Shown one piece after another: positions 58,666 through 64,000 of a stretch of 64,000 bases of DNA (position 1 is its first letter; every line of letters begins with the position of its first letter). The stretch comes from Promethearchaeota archaeon (GTDB taxonomy: Archaea > Asgardarchaeota > Lokiarchaeia > Sigyniarchaeales > SOKP01). Where the stretch lies: contig JAHLWS010000065.1 in the NCBI GenBank assembly GCA_019057795.1, forward strand, positions 1 to 64,000. Reading direction: 5' to 3'. The position numbers were made by a program, and so were the translations under genes. The notes below the pieces were generated by a model. The model was not told where the DNA came from and did not search any database. It worked only from the letters and a program-made list of their open reading frames with translations.

Positions 58666-59652
58666 TTGAATTCTATGGAAGGTTTGCCCAATATCGATTT
58701 AATTCAATCCTTATTAGAAAACTACATGTTCGATGTAGATGGTGCCGCAGCGGTGACAATTTGTGATAGAGACGGTTTTATTATCGCTTCAGAAAGTAAA
58801 GAGAAAGGAAGTCACGAATCAACTTTAGTAATTGGAGCAATTTCAGCATTTCTTGATATTTATATTGATAGAATTAAAAGTGAATATAAAACCCAGAGCA
58901 ATTTTTTTAATATAACCTCAATGCAAGATAAAAAATTTGCTTATTGTTCCATGGGACCACATTGTATATTAACTACGATCGCTGATCCAACTACATCAAA
59001 TACAGAACTAAGGATTTATTCGGAATATATTGCCAGTAAGGTTGAACTGATTCTTGATGGTTTCGATAATGTGTCTACAGATATACCCGAAATTATCCGC
59101 GTTTTATCAAAAAGAAGAGAAGGTAAGCTACCGAAGGGTGAATTTACGGCAAAACTCCTTCTAACTGGCGATTTTAAAGTTGGAAAAACTTCTTTAATTA
59201 AGAGATTTGTCGAAAATGTATTCAGTGAAACATATATCTCAACGATTGGCGTTGAGATTTCTAAGAAATCCATTGTAATGGACGAAGATACAAGCATTAA
59301 CTTCGTCCTCTGGGATATTGGAGGTCAAATAGGCTCAATGACACCTTATAGACGAAGATTTTACGAAGGGGCAAGCGCAGCTTTTATAGTGATTGACAGA
59401 ACCCGTCCAAATAATTTAGAAAGCGTTAAGAAATGGTATGAGGACATAAAAACTTCTGTATCGAAAAGTATACCCGTTGTGATAGTTGGAAATAAATCGG
59501 ATTTACTAGAAGAGATAGTAATTAGCGAAGACGAGATAAAGGTTGTTGCTAAACAACTAGGTTTTCACCACATTTTGACTTCTGCTCGAACAGGTGAAAA
59601 TGTCAACGAGGCTTTCCTTTATATTGCCTACAGAGATATTGAGAAAGCGTAG
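58666..59652 (+). CDS. Roadblock/LC7-like domain fused to a Rab-like small GTPase
   Basis: AVTICDRDGFIIAS; G1 GDFKVGKTS, G2 YISTIGV, G3 WDIGGQ, G4 NKSD, G5 TSA. Confidence 0.88.
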   Translation: MNSMEGLPNIDLIQSLLENYMFDVDGAAAVTICDRDGFIIASESKEKGSHESTLVIGAISAFLDIYIDRIKSEYKTQSNFFNITSMQDKKFAYCSMGPHCILTTIADPTTSNTELRIYSEYIASKVELILDGFDNVSTDIPEIIRVLSKRREGKLPKGEFTAKLLLTGDFKVGKTSLIKRFVENVFSETYISTIGVEISKKSIVMDEDTSINFVLWDIGGQIGSMTPYRRRFYEGASAAFIVIDRTRPNNLESVKKWYEDIKTSVSKSIPVVIVGNKSDLLEEIVISEDEIKVVAKQLGFHHILTSARTGENVNEAFLYIAYRDIEKA

Positions 59653-59822
59653 ATTAATCGATAGAAACTTTTTTAATTCTCATATATATTCTTATTATTG
59701 TAAGATTAGCATCAAGTTTGTTAAATATTTGTATAGAAATAAATAAAGGAGGTTATAAAAAAATAGTATTAAAGGTTTTATTCAACGACATTTTGGCGAC
59801 TTGAAATCAATCAGGCTATTTA

Positions 59823-60689
59823 ATGGGATTTTCGATAAAAGAATTGACATATCAGGGAAAATATTTGCTCTTTTTGACAGAACAGCAGTTTGCCGGGCCA
59901 TGGTTCAGTTTTAAATTGATAGGCAAAAAAGTGGGCACTATTCCTGTTGTGTTGAAAAATATTGAACCAACGCCGATCTATAAAATGGTAAACAGTCGGA
60001 CGGGAACTGTGATCGACCGTATAACGCTAGATTTTGACATAAAAGAATACTTAAAAAAATTAATAAGAGAAAAGAAAATTCAACCGATTAGATTTAAAAA
60101 AGAAAATTCTTCGATTCGGTTATATATTGACGTCTTTAATCGTCCAAAAGTTCCTTATGTCAACACATTTTTCACATTAAAGAATATTTCCGATTTCAGC
60201 TTAATTGACTTCTCAATGTACTTTGTGTTTGACTTTGATATCAACGGATTAGAAGGTTTCGATAACGACTTATCTGGTTATGACGAAGAAAACGACATAC
60301 TTTACCAATACGATCATACAGGTTTATATGGTGGCTTCTCTCCTATATCAAAATCGACGAATTACGAAACTTGTTTAACGAAAGACTTTGAAATTAATAA
60401 CGAAAGATTGAATCTGTCAAATACTTTATATGGAGAGGCTGGAGAAATCTTATCGGCTTTGCAAATTGAGTTCAAAACTTTAAAGCCAGACCAATCGTTT
60501 CAGACTGCTTTAATTATTTCTGGAGCTTTAAGCAAAGAAGAATTAATTGAAAACATTAACGAAGGCAAAACCAATGCGATGAAATTTTTGTCGCAAGTAA
60601 ACAGATCAGTAAAATCAGAGCAAAGAAACAGACAAGAAGAAGCTTTCATTAAAATCAATCTCCAAAAATCAGTTGATTGTAATGAATAA
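59823..60689 (+). CDS. Hypothetical protein (beta-rich)
   Basis: 288-aa ORF; no motif recognised with confidence. Confidence 0.7.
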   Translation: MGFSIKELTYQGKYLLFLTEQQFAGPWFSFKLIGKKVGTIPVVLKNIEPTPIYKMVNSRTGTVIDRITLDFDIKEYLKKLIREKKIQPIRFKKENSSIRLYIDVFNRPKVPYVNTFFTLKNISDFSLIDFSMYFVFDFDINGLEGFDNDLSGYDEENDILYQYDHTGLYGGFSPISKSTNYETCLTKDFEINNERLNLSNTLYGEAGEILSALQIEFKTLKPDQSFQTALIISGALSKEELIENINEGKTNAMKFLSQVNRSVKSEQRNRQEEAFIKINLQKSVDCNE

Positions 60690-60827
60690 GTCCTATTTAA
60701 TGATTCAAATAAAAAAGTCCAATTAGGGAAGTTATTTGATGAATGCTCCGCGAGAGTTGGGATTTACTATAATTAAATTATTGATTATAGAATTTATTTA
60801 AGGATAGATATGCGATGTTTGACTATA

Positions 60828-61922
60828 TCAATTATTACTTTGCTCAAACTCAAATTTACTATAATTTACAGTAAATTTTTTACCTTCTTCGCTATAATTT
60901 TTTATGGAAAATAATAAAATTTCAATTTCTTGTTTTGTAATAACCGGAAACTTATAATTTTTCGCTTGATATTTAGGTTCCTTTCCTGATTTCTTATATT
61001 TTTCTATAAATTCAATATGACTTTTAATTCGGTTATTGTTAATCGATTGAGTAGTATTTTTTAGTTCTTTCAGATTAAGTTTAAAGCCTTCCAAAAATTC
61101 AGAATTAATCTCGTACCCTATAGAATTTCTCCTAGAAACCATCGCAGCGAGAGTCGTTGTACCTGTCCCCCAAAAAGGATCTAAAACTATGTCTCCATAA
61201 ATAGAAAACATATTGATCAATCTATATGGCAATTTTAGGGGAAAAGCTGCTGATCTTTCTCTTATTTTTTTTTTATTTCCATTTTGATTATTCAATTTTT
61301 GGGACATCCCTCTAATATCTACCCACAAATCTGAAAACCATTTATTTCTTTCTTCCCAAAAATAAGCACTATTATATCTATGCTCAAACCCAGGAGGTAG
61401 CTTCCTTTTTTTATCCCCTTTTCTAAAAATTAATACATACTCGTGTTCAAGGGTTATATATGCATTTGTTGGCAACATACCTGATCCTAAGAATTTATTA
61501 GGACTATTTGTTGGTTTTCGCCATAGAATGCATGGTAAAACTATAAATCCATTGTTTTGAAAAAAAGTAGTTATTCTAACATGGTTAGCAAATAGTTGAA
61601 AACTTTTATTAATATTTCTTGTAGCATCTCCAACATTAATACATACAATTCCCCCCGGTTTTACCACTCTCACAACTTCATTCCAAATCTTTTCTAATTC
61701 TTCATGCATAAGATTAAAAGCGCTATTACCGTCTCCCTTTTGAAGATATTGTTGGATATTTTCGTTTAGCGTTGAAAATAATGCATCCCACATTTCTATC
61801 ATGGGGTAAGGGGGAGAAGTTATTACCAAATCAACTGTGTCTGATTTTACTTCGCTCATATCAGAAGAATTCTTAAAAAAAAATTTGTGAATAGTTTCCA
61901 TTATCAAATTATTAGTCTTCAA
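60828..61922 (-). CDS. Site-specific DNA methyltransferase (beta class, probably N4-cytosine)
   Basis: VITSPPY precedes VLDPFWGTGTT; AAFP; GYEIN. Confidence 0.9.
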   Translation of the reverse strand: MKTNNLIMETIHKFFFKNSSDMSEVKSDTVDLVITSPPYPMIEMWDALFSTLNENIQQYLQKGDGNSAFNLMHEELEKIWNEVVRVVKPGGIVCINVGDATRNINKSFQLFANHVRITTFFQNNGFIVLPCILWRKPTNSPNKFLGSGMLPTNAYITLEHEYVLIFRKGDKKRKLPPGFEHRYNSAYFWEERNKWFSDLWVDIRGMSQKLNNQNGNKKKIRERSAAFPLKLPYRLINMFSIYGDIVLDPFWGTGTTTLAAMVSRRNSIGYEINSEFLEGFKLNLKELKNTTQSINNNRIKSHIEFIEKYKKSGKEPKYQAKNYKFPVITKQEIEILLFSIKNYSEEGKKFTVNYSKFEFEQSNN

Positions 61923-62078
61923 TATGCATTTTGTTGCTTATAATTAGCTCTTCGGACTTATTAAAACTTTTAATTAATGAATATTTGTCATTTTCCTTTT
62001 TTTTTTAATTTATATATATAATTATACTACTTATAGTGTAATATATTACTTGCATATAAATAATTGAAATATGTGGTT

Positions 62079-64000
62079 ATGAATAATTCTAAACCAAAAA
62101 GAGAAATTACTATACCAGAGGAAATACGTCAAAAATGGCAAGGAATTGTAAATCTTATAGCTAAGATTATTAATGTTCCTGCTGCTTTAATTATGAAAAT
62201 CGATCCACCTTACATAGAAGTCTTTCGATCCAGCGAATCTGCAAACAATCCTTATAAAGTAAGAGACAGAGAGCATTTAGCTGGTCTTTATTGTGAAACC
62301 GTCATAAAAACAAGAGAAAAACTTTTGATTCCCAATGCTTTGAAGGATAAACACTGGAAAAAAAACCCAGACATCAAATTAGGAATGATCTCCTACTTAG
62401 GCTTTCCTTTACTTTGGCCTAATGATGAAGTTTTTGGTACAATTTGTGTACTTGATTCAAAAGAAAATAAATACAGCAAAGATTATAAGGATTTGATTTT
62501 ACTTTTCAAAGAAACTATTGAAGCCCATCTTACTCTTTTATATAAGAATCTCAAACTTGAAAATTTAATCGCAACAGGTAAAGAAATCGATCAGAAATTG
62601 AAAGATTCGGAGGAAAAATACAGATTAATCTCTGAAAACGCAAATGATATGATTCACATTTTTAACGAAAAGTTTGAGTTTGAATACATCAATGAACAAG
62701 CTTTTATGAAATTTATGGGATATTTAAAGGATGATTTAATTGGTAAATCGGGGTTAGAATTTATTCATCCAGCAGATTTAAAAAGAGCTAGTAAAGAGCT
62801 AAGAGGGGGTTTTAAAAGGGGTAAAGGAAGCCTTGAATTGAGATTAAGACATAAAAATGGCACTTATCGTTGGATTGAAGTTAGCGGATCGGTATATATA
62901 GATAAAGATGAAAAAAGGAAAGCTCTTTTAATTGGAAGGGATGTAACTAACCGTAAGAAAGTGGAGAAAAAGCTTAAGGAGAGTGAAGCCAGATTCAAGG
63001 GGATTTTTGAGTCTAAATTGATTGGTACATTTTTCTGGGATGCAAATGGCGATATTATCGACGCCAATGATGTCTATCTTAAGATGGTAGGATATTCTAA
63101 GGACGAAGTTCTTTCTGGAGCTGTACGCTGGAGGGATTTAACACCCTCGGAATATACAGATCTTGATAATAAAGCTTTAGAGGAGATTGCTACTACGGGT
63201 GTAATGACCCCCATCGAAAAAGAATACATTCGTAAAGATGGAAGCCGCTTTCCCATTCTTGTGGGTGGATCGGCATTACCTGGTTCTACACATGGCGGTG
63301 TGAGTTTTGTTTTGGATATTACTGAGCGAAAATTGTCAGAACAACGCTTAAAAGAATCTGAAGTAAAATATCGTCACTTGTTCGAAACATCTCCATATTT
63401 TATAGGTTTGCTGAATACAGAAGGAATTTTAATAGATTGCAATGACGCTATAAAGGATCTTCAATCTATCCATACTATAGAGGATGTAAAAGGTAAAAAT
63501 TTTATCGAAATTATTTTATTAAATGAGAAAAACAAACATCTTATCCCTATGTTCGAAAAATTTATAAAAAGTGTATTCGAAGGTGCTAATCAAGAAATGT
63601 TTGATTTTCGTTTAAGTAGGGCTATTGGAGGCCATTTGTGGCTATATGTTGAAGCTACTTTAATAGAAATCGAAAAGCAAAAATTCGTTCAGTTCATTAT
63701 GCAAGATATTACCGAGCGTAAGCGTTCAGAACAGTTACTTCAAGAATCTATGAAAGATTTAGCTAGAATTAATACCGAACTCGAGCAATTCACTTATGTC
63801 GCATCTCACGATCTAAAAGAACCTCTCCGAATGATTTCAAGTTTTGCTCAGCTTTTAGAAAAACAATATAAAGATAAATTAGATGAAGGTGCTAACGATT
63901 TCATTAGGTTTATTATTGAAGGAGTCGTAAGAATGCAAGATTTAATAAATAATTTATTGAAGTATTCAAAAATTGGAAAGTCAAGTAGGGAATTTGAAAA
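62079..64000 (+). CDS. GAF + multi-PAS sensor histidine kinase, 3'-truncated by the window edge (not in the ORF track)
   Basis: GLYCETV...YLGFPLLWPNDEVFGTICVLD (GAF); PAS/PAC ends RDVT, LDIT, QDIT; H-box ASHDLKEPLRMI in the same frame. Confidence 0.9.
   Translation, partial: MNNSKPKREITIPEEIRQKWQGIVNLIAKIINVPAALIMKIDPPYIEVFRSSESANNPYKVRDREHLAGLYCETVIKTREKLLIPNALKDKHWKKNPDIKLGMISYLGFPLLWPNDEVFGTICVLDSKENKYSKDYKDLILLFKETIEAHLTLLYKNLKLENLIATGKEIDQKLKDSEEKYRLISENANDMIHIFNEKFEFEYINEQAFMKFMGYLKDDLIGKSGLEFIHPADLKRASKELRGGFKRGKGSLELRLRHKNGTYRWIEVSGSVYIDKDEKRKALLIGRDVTNRKKVEKKLKESEARFKGIFESKLIGTFFWDANGDIIDANDVYLKMVGYSKDEVLSGAVRWRDLTPSEYTDLDNKALEEIATTGVMTPIEKEYIRKDGSRFPILVGGSALPGSTHGGVSFVLDITERKLSEQRLKESEVKYRHLFETSPYFIGLLNTEGILIDCNDAIKDLQSIHTIEDVKGKNFIEIILLNEKNKHLIPMFEKFIKSVFEGANQEMFDFRLSRAIGGHLWLYVEATLIEIEKQKFVQFIMQDITERKRSEQLLQESMKDLARINTELEQFTYVASHDLKEPLRMISSFAQLLEKQYKDKLDEGANDFIRFIIEGVVRMQDLINNLLKYSKIGKSSREFE

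Noticed and set aside
189-63256. Short ORFs antisense to or nested in long genes (for example 7311-7721, 19061-19441, 43888-44331, 62864-63256)
   Set aside because: Shadow frames of well-supported genes, with no motifs of their own.
1-64000. Genome-wide reassignment of TAG to an amino acid
   Set aside because: Several genes end with TAG at their expected C-termini (for example 5245, 6338, 26632, 49161, 59652), so TAG works as a normal stop.
1-64000. CRISPR array, rRNA or intact IS element
   Set aside because: No regularly spaced repeat-spacer array, rRNA-like tract or transposase ORF was seen.

Overview
AT-rich archaeal chromosomal window, most consistent with an Asgard archaeon (Lokiarchaeia-like). 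Support for this: a gelsolin-domain protein, a roadblock-Rab-like GTPase fusion, longin-like domains and NreA with a PIP box. Housekeeping content includes a Moco/W-cofactor plus tungstate ABC cluster (20.3-28.4 kb), endonuclease V, a GH3 glucosidase, a flavodiiron protein, a P1B ATPase, tRNA-Leu(CAG), an MttB-family methyltransferase with its corrinoid protein, two orphan DNA methyltransferases, three toxin-antitoxin pairs and a truncated GAF/PAS histidine kinase. The most notable item is a co-oriented three-gene locus (29.7-36.8 kb): two TPR-longin-like-TIR paralogs followed by a RelA/SpoT-TPR-SLOG protein. It looks like a Thoeris-like signalling or immune system with an alarmone-synthetase effector. 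Other candidates: a -1 programmed frameshift (T TTA AAC) joining a MoxR-type AAA+ ATPase to a ChlD-like vWA ORF; a pair of 7TM-longin proteins near the Rab-like GTPase; a tail-anchored microprotein coupled to the gelsolin gene; two genes interrupted by an in-frame TAG in the same Tyr-Phe-TAG context; and several short intergenic copies of nearby gene pieces. All domain calls come from motif recognition by eye; no searches were run.
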